DNA of 64,000 nt from Chloroflexota bacterium (GCA_012841405.1 DUUT01000197.1:6400-70399), one strand, 5' to 3'; shown: positions 25,686-36,067, numbered from the stretch's first letter. Made by a program: numbers and translations. Notes: generated from the sequence alone by a model not told the origin.

Positions 25686-27137
25686 TCAATGGGCTGGAGG
25701 GAGGGCGGGTTCGGCATACAAGCCGGCGCGAAGGTATGCCAGGTAGCCGCAACGCTCCAGGCCCTTGAGTGAAAAGACGGCGTGCCCGGGAGCACCGAGG
25801 ACGCGTGCGGTGGCGATCTGACCGCCGATGCTCTCGGCGGATACACAGTGGCCGTCATTGGTCTCGACCCCTACCCCGGGCAACACCCAGTTGCCGCCGG
25901 AATTGGCCAGGTAATCGGCGACGATCAGGCCCCACGTATCCACATCCGTAAAGATGCCGGAGCCATAGACCATGGGGGCAATGGCGTCGACGGCACCCTC
26001 CTGCACCCACCTGTGCGAGTCCTGATAGTAGTCATGGTATCCCTGACTGGTGCTGGGCCAGCCGGGGCGCGACTGGTACACGGGCCAGACCGCGGCCGAG
26101 ACGAGGGCGTTGGGCCGTATCGCATGGGTCTGCCGAGTGATGCGGGCGACGAGCTCGGTCACTTGGCGACGCTGATAGTCCGCCCGCCAGGCGTCTGACG
26201 GGGGCCAGTGACAGGCGGGATCGGCGGCACAGGCCTGCTGCGTAAAGGGGTCGAGCGAGTACCGGCGCCCGGGATACCGAACGTTGTCCAGGTGGAGGCC
26301 ATCGATGGGATAGCGCGTGGCGATGTCGGCGGCGACGGCAGCGATGTGATCGCGGACCTGCGGACAGGCAGGGCTGGCCCAGATGTACTGGCCCCACGTG
26401 ATGGGCATGTGGCCCTCGGAATCGTAGACGCGCCAGGAATACCCGAGGCCGTAGCCGCCACTTTGATGATCGGTGAGCCGGTTCAGCGCTTGGGGCGGCC
26501 ACACGCCATCAATCGGCGGCACCAGGCTGCCCATGCCCTCGGGAGGCGCCTGCCACGTCGGATAGACGTTCAGCCAGGCATGGGCCTGTATGCCGGCGGC
26601 ATGTGCGCGCTCGATGAGCTCGGCGAGCGGATCCCAGCCGGGATGCACACCCAGGCTGGGGCCGAGGGTGCCGGTGAGCCGGGGAGACCAAGGCTCCAGG
26701 CCCGGGGTGTAGTAGGCGTCACCGGCAGCGCGGACTTGGAAAAAGATGGCGTTGAAACCCGCTGTCGCTGCCTGACGGACGACGTTCTGGATATCGCCAG
26801 GCTGCGGCGAGACGCCGTAGGAGGTCCAGTCGTAGCGGCTCACCCACACGGCCCGCAGCTCCCGTCCAGGCTCCAGAGTCGGCGGCGGCGGGGGCGGCTC
26901 CGCCGTCGGTGGCGGCGTTGGAGTGGGGTCGTTGCGCACGGCTGGCAAATAGATGCGGCCCCCCTCAGCGGCACGCGCGAGGCTCCGCAGCGGGCCTTGG
27001 CGTCGCGACGCCATGGTGACTGCGGCGAGGAGGGTGAGGAGCAGGGCACACCCCAACAGGGCGAGCGCGCGTGTGGAGCGGCGAGGTTTGGTGTCGGATG
27101 GGAGCGGCGCATCGCCCCGGGGCATCGTGATCATCAT
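25686..27137 (-). CDS. glycoside hydrolase-like family 10 (GHL10/DUF187) protein, membrane-anchored
   Basis: RAVWVSRYDW...FNAIFFQVRAAGDAYY...GIQAHAWLNVYP. N-terminal TM segment and Pro-rich linker. Confidence 0.7.
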   Translation of the reverse strand: MMITMPRGDAPLPSDTKPRRSTRALALLGCALLLTLLAAVTMASRRQGPLRSLARAAEGGRIYLPAVRNDPTPTPPPTAEPPPPPPTLEPGRELRAVWVSRYDWTSYGVSPQPGDIQNVVRQAATAGFNAIFFQVRAAGDAYYTPGLEPWSPRLTGTLGPSLGVHPGWDPLAELIERAHAAGIQAHAWLNVYPTWQAPPEGMGSLVPPIDGVWPPQALNRLTDHQSGGYGLGYSWRVYDSEGHMPITWGQYIWASPACPQVRDHIAAVAADIATRYPIDGLHLDNVRYPGRRYSLDPFTQQACAADPACHWPPSDAWRADYQRRQVTELVARITRQTHAIRPNALVSAAVWPVYQSRPGWPSTSQGYHDYYQDSHRWVQEGAVDAIAPMVYGSGIFTDVDTWGLIVADYLANSGGNWVLPGVGVETNDGHCVSAESIGGQIATARVLGAPGHAVFSLKGLERCGYLAYLRAGLYAEPALPPAH

Positions 27138-27369
27138 TCAATCGGCTCGTGTAGTGTACGGTGCAGTGTGCCTGCGAATACTACACGGATGCCCACCCGG
27201 CGTCAATCGTTCCCGCACGAGAGGGCTGCCGTTACGGTAAGGAGATCTTTCTCGAGGGGTCTCCTCCAGATCGGCGAGGCACTACAAGGATGTAAGGGCC
27301 ATCCGCCGGGTGCGTCGTCGCGTCGGTAGGGAGTGGGTGGTTGGCGCCATCCGCTGTGGAGCGGAAACC

Positions 27370-28020
27370 ATGCGAAGCGTAGGGCGCGGCATCGGTGCGG
27401 TGGTGGGGTTGGCGGTGCTGGGCGTGTTCGCCAGCCGGGTGGCCATGGCGCGCGGGCGCCGAGGGCGCGCGCCGTCTCGGGGCGTCGCGGCGCGGGACGA
27501 GGTGCAAGGCCCTCCGCTGGCGGGAGGGCAGGTCCCAGAGGCACCACGAGACGACGTGCCGGTGGACTATGCTCTGCTTCTGCTGGCGCTGTCGATTCCC
27601 TTCTGGCTCGTGGGGGGTGGACGCCTGCCCATCCCCGTGCAGCTGCCCGTCAGTGCCTTAGCATTCGTGAACCCTGTCCTGGCAGCGACCATCCTCACGT
27701 ATCGGCGCGAGGGGAGGGCGGGCGTTCGTGCCCTCCTGTGGCGGGCGGGTGACTATGATCGCGTGCGTCACAAGATTTGGTACCTCCCCGCGTTGTTCCT
27801 TTTTCCTGCGATCGCGCTGCTATCGTATGGACTGATGCGTGTGATGCGACGCCCCCTACCCGCGGTGCAGATCGGTTGGCTGTCCATCCTGGGCTATCTG
27901 CTCATCTTTCTCGGGGCCGCCTTGGCGGAGGAACTGGGGTGGATGGGCTATGCCTTCCGCCCGGTGCAGAAGCGTTGGGGAGCGTTGGGCGCTGTTCTCC
28001 TCCAGCGGCTCACACTATGA
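27370..28020 (+). CDS. CPBP-family intramembrane protease-like protein, possibly truncated
   Basis: Multi-TM protein with the AALAEELGWMGYAFRP (EExxxR) motif. The ORF stops shortly afterwards, and the later His motifs are not seen in frame. Confidence 0.45.
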   Translation: MRSVGRGIGAVVGLAVLGVFASRVAMARGRRGRAPSRGVAARDEVQGPPLAGGQVPEAPRDDVPVDYALLLLALSIPFWLVGGGRLPIPVQLPVSALAFVNPVLAATILTYRREGRAGVRALLWRAGDYDRVRHKIWYLPALFLFPAIALLSYGLMRVMRRPLPAVQIGWLSILGYLLIFLGAALAEELGWMGYAFRPVQKRWGALGAVLLQRLTL

Positions 28021-28161
28021 CCCCGGCATTACCCTGATGCTGATGACACCGTTACTGGCCTTTATGCTCATCGGATGGGATCACCGCACGCTGACCTCGT
28101 ATCGGCTGCGCGGCCGAGCCGTCGACGGCCATGAGAGATAGCGGGCCCTGTCCGCGGGCTA

Positions 28162-28292
28162 GGTCGTGTAGTGAAAACGCACCCGACGTAGGACGAGGCC
28201 GCCCCGAGCGTAAGCGCGGGGCCTTGACGCCCATCGCCAAGGTTTCTCGCCACGCTCGGAACGACGCTGTAGCCCTTCTTGCACACACTACC
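28162..28292 (-). mobile_element. MITE-like repeat, 131 nt, TA-flanked within CTAG
   Basis: TA at 28160-61 and 28293-94. Collinear with the 24273 copy over its full length. The terminal G completes the TAG of the Gfo/Idh/MocA gene. Confidence 0.6.
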
Positions 28293-29527
28293 TAGCAGCC
28301 GAGGGCGCGCAGCAGCGCTGGGCTGCGCGGGAAGCGGTCATACCCCGCGGCCGATACGGGCTCCGTCGAACGGGTCCAGGGAAGGCCGAGGTCAGAGAGC
28401 ATGGCCCCGCTGGCGTACGCCTCTGCCAGAGCGCCCTCCATCTCACGGACGGCGACGATCCCGGAAGGCTCGAGGATACGCGTGCCATCTGAGGGGATGG
28501 TGTGTACACCCTGGGATGACTCGAAGGCCAGATTGATCGCCAGGACGTGCGAGCCGGCCTCGGACAGCCCGCATGTTGGGAAGGGTTCATCGCCGGCGGC
28601 GACGCGTGCCGTCTGTCGCAGGGGCAGCGTCTGCAGATCGTCGAACGCCGGATTGGCAAAGCGCTCCTCGCGCCCGTCGGCATAGCGGATCGCGGCCACA
28701 TCGCCGTCGGCGGCCCAGTCCACGGTGCCGTGTTCGCACTCGAGGTGGATGACGGGATCGTGCTGCTCGGCGACGGCGTGGCTGACAACGTGCAGCACCC
28801 GAGCTCCCCCGGCCAGGCGCACCTCGATGCAGGACGTGTCGTAGGAGGCGATATCCCGCGCGCGGTACAGCTCGGCGCGCACCGACTCGATGGGACGCGG
28901 CGTGCCCTGGCTCGCCCTCGCATAGTACAGCGCCTGCGTCACATAGTGCGCGGTGGCGTTGGTCGCGGGGCCGTCGAGGATCCAGCGATTGTTGTGGCGC
29001 AGCGCACCGGCCCACGCGTTGCGGCTGTAGTAAGCGCTGTCGCGAGGCCAGACGATCATGGTGCGCGCCTCACGTACGGCCCCCAGGCCGCCGTCCCCGA
29101 GGCGCGACGCGATCCAGCGCGTGGTAGGTGAATACAGCCACTGGTATCCGACGGCGCACCACCGCCCCGTGCGCTGCTCGACCTCGTGCAGGTGCTGCAC
29201 CTCTTGCACGGTGCCCGCCAAAGGCTTTTCGACGAGGACATCAAACCCCGCCTCCATGGCGCTGACGGCCATCGGCTCGTGATAGGCGATGCCCGTCGGG
29301 ACTCCGATCACGTCCAGTGAGCCCTGCCCATCAGCGAGCATCGCCTCGAGACTCGCGTAGATCGAACAACCCGCCGCTTGGAGCTGTGCTACCTGGGCCT
29401 GATAGCGTTCGGGGCGGCGCACCACCGCGGCGGCGAGGCGAGCGATGCCCTCGCGCTCCAGCTGGGCGAGACAGCGAACCCACGTGGCGGCGAAACCGCC
29501 GATCCCAACGATGCCATAGTCGATCAT
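28292..29527 (-). CDS. Gfo/Idh/MocA family oxidoreductase
   Basis: MIDYGIVGIGGFAATW Rossmann N-terminus and family-like body. Confidence 0.85.
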   Translation of the reverse strand: MIDYGIVGIGGFAATWVRCLAQLEREGIARLAAAVVRRPERYQAQVAQLQAAGCSIYASLEAMLADGQGSLDVIGVPTGIAYHEPMAVSAMEAGFDVLVEKPLAGTVQEVQHLHEVEQRTGRWCAVGYQWLYSPTTRWIASRLGDGGLGAVREARTMIVWPRDSAYYSRNAWAGALRHNNRWILDGPATNATAHYVTQALYYARASQGTPRPIESVRAELYRARDIASYDTSCIEVRLAGGARVLHVVSHAVAEQHDPVIHLECEHGTVDWAADGDVAAIRYADGREERFANPAFDDLQTLPLRQTARVAAGDEPFPTCGLSEAGSHVLAINLAFESSQGVHTIPSDGTRILEPSGIVAVREMEGALAEAYASGAMLSDLGLPWTRSTEPVSAAGYDRFPRSPALLRALGC

Positions 29528-29577
29528 GGCTGTAGCCTCCGCTCATCGGGTGTGCCGTGGAGAACAGCGGCTTGGGC

Positions 29578-30624
29578 CTATGGACGCGATGCTGTCGCTT
29601 CATCCGCCGCGGCGTCGGCCTGGTCGGTCTGCTCATCCGGCGCCAGAGCCTCGCGTGGCGGCGTGGTGGGCGCCGGACCCGGGCGTGGTGGCTTGGGCGG
29701 ACGCGGCCCGACGACGGGGGGCTGGTCACCCTGCTCGATCTCGCGCAGAGAGCGCACCTCATCCCAGCGGTCTTGAGGGACGATGAGAGCCTCGGCAAAG
29801 AACTGGACGATGTGCATCTGGCCATCCAGCGAGATGGGCATCTCGTCCGAGATGGCGCCCAAGAGACCGCGGGCGACGCCAGAGGTCGCGAGGGCGGCGT
29901 TCGGGTTCGTGGGGACGAGCTTGCCGTGGGATGCCAAGTGGGCCGTCAGGCGGTCACGCAGCGAGGCCGGATGCATGCGGCGATAGTCGTCGATCCAGGC
30001 GGCCACTTGTGGGATGACCCAGCTCTTTTGCACCGCCCAGCCGGGGCAGCTCTTGTACGAGACATCGCGGTGGAAGCAGAGCCGCTGGATGTCGAGGCCA
30101 AGCTTGCAGTGCAAAATGCCCAGGGCGGCGACAGTGTTCTCCCACGTGGCACCTGAGGGCTGGACGGCATCGTAATCGCCGACCATTTCGAGGTGGCGCG
30201 TTCCCGTGTTGTGCCCGAGAGCGCCGACGCCATCGTAGCGCAGGTCGCTAAAGAGCCAGATGCCGTCATCGGCGACAAAGAGGTGGGGACCAGCGTTCCA
30301 GCCCTCATGGGTGAGGCCATTCTCGTCGATCCACAGTTGCTTCTCATAGTAGGCCTTCATGGCCATGATCGTGCTGTAGCCACGCCAACTCTCGCGGGTG
30401 GGTTTCCACGTGTGGTGCAAAAAGATCCGGTCAGGCAGGGGTTCCGGGAACTCGAGCTGCTCGACATAAGCGACGAACTCGGAAATGGTCATGCAGCGCC
30501 CATCGATCTCCATGGGCGGCTCTTTGATGACGTCCGACTGCGACGGGCGGAGCGCCGCGTTCGGCGTCCGCGCTGCAGCCGCCGAGAAGGCTGTACGCGG
30601 GTTGCGGGGGGAATGGGAGTTCAT
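29578..30624 (-). CDS. N-acetylmuramoyl-L-alanine amidase (Amidase_2/PGRP domain) with Pro-rich tail
   Basis: IFLHHTW...GALGHNTGTRHLEMVGDYD...CFHRDVSYKSCPG. Start uncertain. Confidence 0.7.
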   Translation of the reverse strand: MNSHSPRNPRTAFSAAAARTPNAALRPSQSDVIKEPPMEIDGRCMTISEFVAYVEQLEFPEPLPDRIFLHHTWKPTRESWRGYSTIMAMKAYYEKQLWIDENGLTHEGWNAGPHLFVADDGIWLFSDLRYDGVGALGHNTGTRHLEMVGDYDAVQPSGATWENTVAALGILHCKLGLDIQRLCFHRDVSYKSCPGWAVQKSWVIPQVAAWIDDYRRMHPASLRDRLTAHLASHGKLVPTNPNAALATSGVARGLLGAISDEMPISLDGQMHIVQFFAEALIVPQDRWDEVRSLREIEQGDQPPVVGPRPPKPPRPGPAPTTPPREALAPDEQTDQADAAADEATASRP

Positions 30625-30753
30625 GGCACCTCGTCAGGATTCGTCGTGCACCGCTGCTCGCCCCGACGGCGCGGCAGACTGTGGTCGCGGGCCGCGCATC
30701 GGAGGCGCCGGGCATCCCCCGGGATGGCTCTCGCACAGGGAGGGATGGGCGCG

Positions 30754-32658
30754 TCAGCGCAGGTAGCGAACGTCACCGACACGGCGGGTGACGCGTCGGC
30801 GGTCGAGCTCCTCCAGGAGGCTGAGGGCGTAGCGGCGGCTGGTATTGAGCAGGTCACGGATCTGGGCGACGGTGGCGCCGTCGGGTTGCTCGCGCAGATA
30901 GGCGACGACACGCGCCTGCATATCCGCCAGGGCCTCGGCGTCAAACACCACGTCATCGGACACCTTGACGAGGCGACCTTCCTCGAGCAGGTATTGGAGC
31001 AGTTCGGCGCCCAACGCTTCCTCGACTTGGGCATAGGTGGGCGGAGACGCAGGGTTGGCGCGAACAGCGGCCAGGGATTGGTCGACGGCGCGCTGCTGCT
31101 CTGCGGACAGGGACACGGCAAAGTCGGGCAAGCGCACGAGAGTGGCCGTCCCGGCCAAACGTCCCTGGCGCACGGCATGGTCCAGGAACTGATTGGCAAC
31201 GGCGGCGTCGAGCCCCAAACGGCTACGCAGCTCCTCCCGGGGCATCCCAGCGCGCAGGGGCCATCGCCGGTGGAATGTGGCCAGAATCTCACCGGCCCTG
31301 GACATCAGCCGCTCCCAGGCGTCGAGGGTCAGCACCCCGGCAGAGCTGCGGCTGAGGGACGCTGGAGTGCCTTCTAGGCCCAAGAGGACGACGCGCCTCT
31401 CCTGCACCAAAGCGGCCAGCGCCGGGGTGGCTTCGGCGCTAGAGAGGTGACTGCGGCGCACCAGCTCGCGCGCCTCGATGGGGCCCTCGCGGGCCAACGT
31501 CTGCAGGAGCACATCCTCGGGAGAGCCGTGGGCGAGGGCCTCCAGCTGGGCGATGACCTCGGCGCGAAATCGCCGGTGGCGGCGTCCTGGATGGGTCTGT
31601 ACGATCTGGCCGCCGCCGAGAGTAATGCTGGGGGAGGGGAGACGTACGATATAGTGATCTCCACGTACCAGCGCCATCGGCTCCGCCAGACGGAACTGCA
31701 CCCAGCCGACCGCACCGGGCGCCAGCTCTTCGGCGTCGAGGAGCCGCACATTGGCCTCGACACGCGCCGAGCCGCTGTGCACGTCGACCAGGGCATTGTG
31801 CTTGAGGGGCCACGGTGCATCGGCGATGAGGCGCAGCCGCGCGTCGACGAGCTCTGTCGGTTGGAGCCATCCGGGGCGCGTGAGTACCTGGCCCCGGCGT
31901 ACCTGATCCACCGTAACGCCACTGAGATTGGCTGCCACCCGCTGGCCTGGGGCGGCGGTGGTCGCGTGGACCTTGTGGGTCTGCAGGCCACGCACCCGGG
32001 CGGACTGGTTGCCGGGGATGAGGGCGACCTCTTCGCCCACCGACAGGCTGCCGTCGATGAGTGTCCCCGTGACGACGGTGCCGAACCCTGCGATGCTGAA
32101 AACACGATCGATGGGCAGGCGGGGCCTCTTGAGGTCGGGCCGTGGTTGTGCCTGATCGAGGAGTCGGTCGAGCTCGGTCAGCAACTCGGGAATGCCTCGC
32201 CCGGTCAGTGCTGAGACAGGGATGATCGTGGCGTTCTCGAGGACGGTGCCGGCCAACTGATCGTGCACGTCTTCTTGCACGAGCTCGAGCCACTCAGCGT
32301 CATCGATGAGGTCACTCTTGGTGAGGGCGACAACGCCCTGTGGCACTTCCAGCAGATCGATGATGGCGAGGTGTTCGCGTGTTTGGGGCATGACGGCCTC
32401 GTCGGCGGCGACGACAAAGAGGGCGAGGTCAATTCCGCCAACCCCGGCCAGCATGTTCCTGATAAAGTCCTCGTGTCCCGGGACGTCGACGATGCTGATC
32501 TCCCGCCCGGACGGGAGGGTCAGCCAGGCAAAACCCAGGTCAATGGTCATCTCGCGTTCCTGCTCCTCACGGAGCCGGTCCGGATTGATGCCACTGAGGG
32601 CGCGAACGAGGGTTGACTTGCCATGGTCGACGTGACCGGCAGTACCAACGACAAACAC
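30754..32658 (-). CDS. selB: selenocysteine-specific translation elongation factor
   Basis: MFVVGTAGHVDHGKSTLVRALSG...MTIDLGF G-domain plus a long winged-helix C-terminal region (634 aa). Confidence 0.85.
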   Translation of the reverse strand: MFVVGTAGHVDHGKSTLVRALSGINPDRLREEQEREMTIDLGFAWLTLPSGREISIVDVPGHEDFIRNMLAGVGGIDLALFVVAADEAVMPQTREHLAIIDLLEVPQGVVALTKSDLIDDAEWLELVQEDVHDQLAGTVLENATIIPVSALTGRGIPELLTELDRLLDQAQPRPDLKRPRLPIDRVFSIAGFGTVVTGTLIDGSLSVGEEVALIPGNQSARVRGLQTHKVHATTAAPGQRVAANLSGVTVDQVRRGQVLTRPGWLQPTELVDARLRLIADAPWPLKHNALVDVHSGSARVEANVRLLDAEELAPGAVGWVQFRLAEPMALVRGDHYIVRLPSPSITLGGGQIVQTHPGRRHRRFRAEVIAQLEALAHGSPEDVLLQTLAREGPIEARELVRRSHLSSAEATPALAALVQERRVVLLGLEGTPASLSRSSAGVLTLDAWERLMSRAGEILATFHRRWPLRAGMPREELRSRLGLDAAVANQFLDHAVRQGRLAGTATLVRLPDFAVSLSAEQQRAVDQSLAAVRANPASPPTYAQVEEALGAELLQYLLEEGRLVKVSDDVVFDAEALADMQARVVAYLREQPDGATVAQIRDLLNTSRRYALSLLEELDRRRVTRRVGDVRYLR

Positions 32659-32663
32659 GGTCC

Positions 32664-33911
32664 TTACTCTATCTCTTCCTCAAAGTAGCCGCGGGTCTCG
32701 GTATAGAGCTGCTCGGCGGCCTTGGCTTGGAGTTGCATGGCGCGCAGCTGTTCGCGCTTGAGGCGGTTGAACTCGGTGATCATGCGGGCGCCCAAGGCCT
32801 TGAGGCGCTCGTCCAGCGCGGACAGCGCGCTGACCATGGCTTGGCGGGCCTGGTCCAGGTCCTCAAGCTTTTGGTCTTGGGCGTTGTCACGGTGAATCTG
32901 GGATTCGAGCAGGCGCTCGCGGCGCTCGGCTTCCTGTGCCCAGCGGCGCTCGCTCTCGCTGTGCCATTCGCGGAGGTCGTGACGCATCTGATCCTCGGCG
33001 ATGCGCTGAATCTGGCGGAGCTGATCCTGCTGCTGGCTCACCTGGTGTGCGAGCTCTTGCACCTCGCGAAGCACGCGCCGATTCTTGTCGTGCTGATCGG
33101 TGTAGTACCGCAGCTGCTCGGCCCAGGTCTCGAGCTGATGCGAGAACCCCTCCATCTTGCGCGCCCACTCGGTCATCGTCTGGGCCCGATCGCGGTCGCT
33201 GCGGCGCTGCGTTTCGGCCAGCTCGGCTTGCTGTTTGGTGAGGTCCTCGCGCAGGTTGTGCATCTCGACCATCTGCTGGGTGATGCGTGTCATCTCGGTT
33301 TCGAGAAGCTGGATGCGCGACAGGTATTCGGGCTGCTCCTTCTGTGAGTCGCTGATAGCAAGCTCTACCTGGCCGAGGCGGACGACGGTCTGTTCGATAC
33401 GATCGGCCAGCTGCCGCGAAACCTCCTCGCGCTGCGCGATGCGCTTGGCCGTGTCTTCCTGAGCTTGCTGCAAGCGGAGGATCATCTCATTGAGACGCCG
33501 CTCCTCAGCCTGACGGACGGCAATGGACTGCTCCAGCGGCTCAAAGCGCTCGAGCTGTGCCTGAATCTCTTGGATGACACGCAGATCCTGCTCGTGCTCG
33601 GCCTGACGATTGCGCCAGAACTCGGTCTCGCGCTTTTGCACCTCCTGGCGCAGCTCTGACAGCATCAGTACGATCTCGTCCCTGGTGTTGCGCAGAGCCT
33701 CCTCGACGTCGGGGATGCGCAGCAGCTGCGCGTGCTGCTTGGTGAGACGGTCTTCTAGGGAGACGAGGTGCTGGGCCTGGTCGGCCATCACAACCTGCTG
33801 CTTGTCCACGATGTCGCGGAGTTCCGAAACGACGGCGCGCGTGCGCCTGAGTTCCTGGTCTAGCCAGGAGATGTTGGGACTGTCCTGCGTCGTGGGAGTC
33901 GGGTTCTTCAT
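32664..33911 (-). CDS. coiled-coil protein of unknown function
   Basis: About 415 aa, rich in E/Q/R/L heptad-like sequence. Ends 6 nt upstream of selB. Confidence 0.55.
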   Translation of the reverse strand: MKNPTPTTQDSPNISWLDQELRRTRAVVSELRDIVDKQQVVMADQAQHLVSLEDRLTKQHAQLLRIPDVEEALRNTRDEIVLMLSELRQEVQKRETEFWRNRQAEHEQDLRVIQEIQAQLERFEPLEQSIAVRQAEERRLNEMILRLQQAQEDTAKRIAQREEVSRQLADRIEQTVVRLGQVELAISDSQKEQPEYLSRIQLLETEMTRITQQMVEMHNLREDLTKQQAELAETQRRSDRDRAQTMTEWARKMEGFSHQLETWAEQLRYYTDQHDKNRRVLREVQELAHQVSQQQDQLRQIQRIAEDQMRHDLREWHSESERRWAQEAERRERLLESQIHRDNAQDQKLEDLDQARQAMVSALSALDERLKALGARMITEFNRLKREQLRAMQLQAKAAEQLYTETRGYFEEEIE

Positions 33912-34055
33912 CGATGATCCTCTAGGCGCTTGCCATGTGTTATGGTGATCTATGGCCAACAATTGGCGATCAGCGCTGCGCGTGTGGTCTCGCTGCAGGC
34001 GGTGGGTCTACATGGACCTGGATGACGGTCCGCGGTGCAATGGGTCAACGACAGG

Positions 34056-35771
34056 TCACCGATTGACGAATACCACGGTCCCTATCTCCGACCACTCGTA
34101 CAACCAGATGGCATCTGGTGTGTCAAGAACGATGCAGCCATAGGAGCAGGGACTGCCGAGGCGGTCCCGCCACACAGTGACCCCAGCGCGCGTGACGGGC
34201 AGAGCGTGAAAGCCGTTCTCAGAGCCGCCCGCCCAATAGATGCCAAGCCAGTAGGGCATAAAGATATCCCACCTGCTGCCGTAGGCCTGGGGTATCTTGC
34301 TCTGGATTTCGTATCTGCCCGGCAGGGTTGGTGCGCTGGCCCGGCCTGTGCAGACGGTGAACACCTTGACCGGCTCGTGGTTCTCATAGACGACCACGAG
34401 TTGATCGGAGAGGTCCACCTCGATGCGCCGTGGAGGCGTGATGGCATCCAGCACCTCTGCGAGGTGCACCTGCGCCTCTGGGTGCTCGGGAAGCAGCTCT
34501 AGCGATTTCTCCAGGCAGTTCTTGGACTCGTCCCAGCGACGCTCCTCCTGCAAGGCGACGCCATAGCCAAAGTACGCCTGCCCGAGCATGACGCGGGCAT
34601 CGCGAAAGTCGGGGTCAATGGCATAGACGCGCTTGAGCGTTTCCACCGCGCGAGCCCAGTCGCGTACCCAGTACGCGTCGAGCCCCTCGATGTACATGGC
34701 GACCTTGCGACGCGCCTTCTGGAGGTCATCGTTGGCGGCGTCGAGCCGTATGGCGGCGTCGAGGTAGGCCAGGGCATCATCCATCTGATTGGCGGCGACC
34801 ATATCCAGCCCGCGGTGGTAGCTGGCCTGTGCGAGGCGCTGCCGCGCCTCGGCGTTGCGCGGATCGATCTCGCGGATGCGCTCGAGGGCGGTAATTGCAT
34901 CCGCCCAGGCCTGACGGTTCCACGCCACCTCCACCTGCACCCACAGGGGCTCGAGGCGCTCGGCGGTGGTTGGTGTGGGCGTAGCGTCGACGGCGGGCGG
35001 CGGCAGCTCGTCGGCGTGGACGGCGCTGCCACGGCTGTTCGCCTGGAGGACGCCGACGATGACAAAAGCCAGCATGGCCACGGTGGCCACTACCGACGCC
35101 ATGGGCACGGCCTTGGAGGCGATCCGTCGCTTGGCAGAGCCGGCGAGCGACGATGACGGTACACGCGACTTGAACTCCCCGTATGCCTGGGCGACGCCCT
35201 GCCCGGCACGATGAACAACGGCCGTGAGGCGCGAGGCATCAAAGGTGCTGCGCACGGCAGCTGCCGGCCGACGCGGGGCACCGAGGTTGTCGGGGGATGC
35301 GCTTGCTGGCTGTTGCCGGGGCCGCTCGGTTGCCGTGCGCTTGGGTGCGCCAGCGGACGTGCCCCTCGCCGGCGCGGATTGCGTCGGTCGCTCGGGCCGC
35401 GCGGGCGGGTCTGCAGCGGTACGGCGAAGCAGGGACTGGAGGCGCGCGCCCCAGGTGCGCTCGCCCGAACGCGCGGCATCGTCGATACCGAGCTCTGAGC
35501 GGGCCCACGCCGTGGCTTCGGCAATGCTGTGGCTCTCAGGGAGCAGCGCGGCGGCCTCTTGCAGATACCGCAGGCTACTCTCGCGATTTTCGGCAACCCA
35601 GGCAAGCCACAGCCAGGCCTCCTCATCGTAGGGGTCGCCGTGGATCATGCGGCGAAACACGGCGCGCGCCAGGACATGGTCTCCAGAGCGCGCGAGCGCG
35701 ATGCCCTGCTCGAGGGGAGTCGTCGCGCCGGGGCGCTGCCGGCCGTCGGTTGGTTCGGTGTTGCTCGTCAC
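34056..35771 (-). CDS. TPR-repeat protein with C-terminal L,D-transpeptidase (YkuD) domain
   Basis: C-terminus GFHALP...PCSYGCIVL. Central TPR-like repeats and a TM segment. Confidence 0.8.
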   Translation of the reverse strand: MTSNTEPTDGRQRPGATTPLEQGIALARSGDHVLARAVFRRMIHGDPYDEEAWLWLAWVAENRESSLRYLQEAAALLPESHSIAEATAWARSELGIDDAARSGERTWGARLQSLLRRTAADPPARPERPTQSAPARGTSAGAPKRTATERPRQQPASASPDNLGAPRRPAAAVRSTFDASRLTAVVHRAGQGVAQAYGEFKSRVPSSSLAGSAKRRIASKAVPMASVVATVAMLAFVIVGVLQANSRGSAVHADELPPPAVDATPTPTTAERLEPLWVQVEVAWNRQAWADAITALERIREIDPRNAEARQRLAQASYHRGLDMVAANQMDDALAYLDAAIRLDAANDDLQKARRKVAMYIEGLDAYWVRDWARAVETLKRVYAIDPDFRDARVMLGQAYFGYGVALQEERRWDESKNCLEKSLELLPEHPEAQVHLAEVLDAITPPRRIEVDLSDQLVVVYENHEPVKVFTVCTGRASAPTLPGRYEIQSKIPQAYGSRWDIFMPYWLGIYWAGGSENGFHALPVTRAGVTVWRDRLGSPCSYGCIVLDTPDAIWLYEWSEIGTVVFVNR

Positions 35772-36067
35772 TGCTCGCCTCCGTGAGACGCCGGAGCTGG
35801 CATGGCAAAGTGGGGCCGAGCACGCTACTGCACAGCCAAAGGGCTGGCGTAGGCATCGGGATAGGCGCGAATGGCAGCAGTTACCCGCTAACGATGGGCA
35901 ACAGCACGGTCAGCTTCACCGCGGGATTATACCACCGAAGGGAAGGGGGTGCAACGATGGAGACGGTGGGGCAACGCATCGCACGGCCTACGCCCGGTCG
36001 TGGTCGACGGACGGTGTCGGGTGCTGCGATCTCTTGTCCGAGGCCGTGTCAGCCCGCTGGGGGCAGG

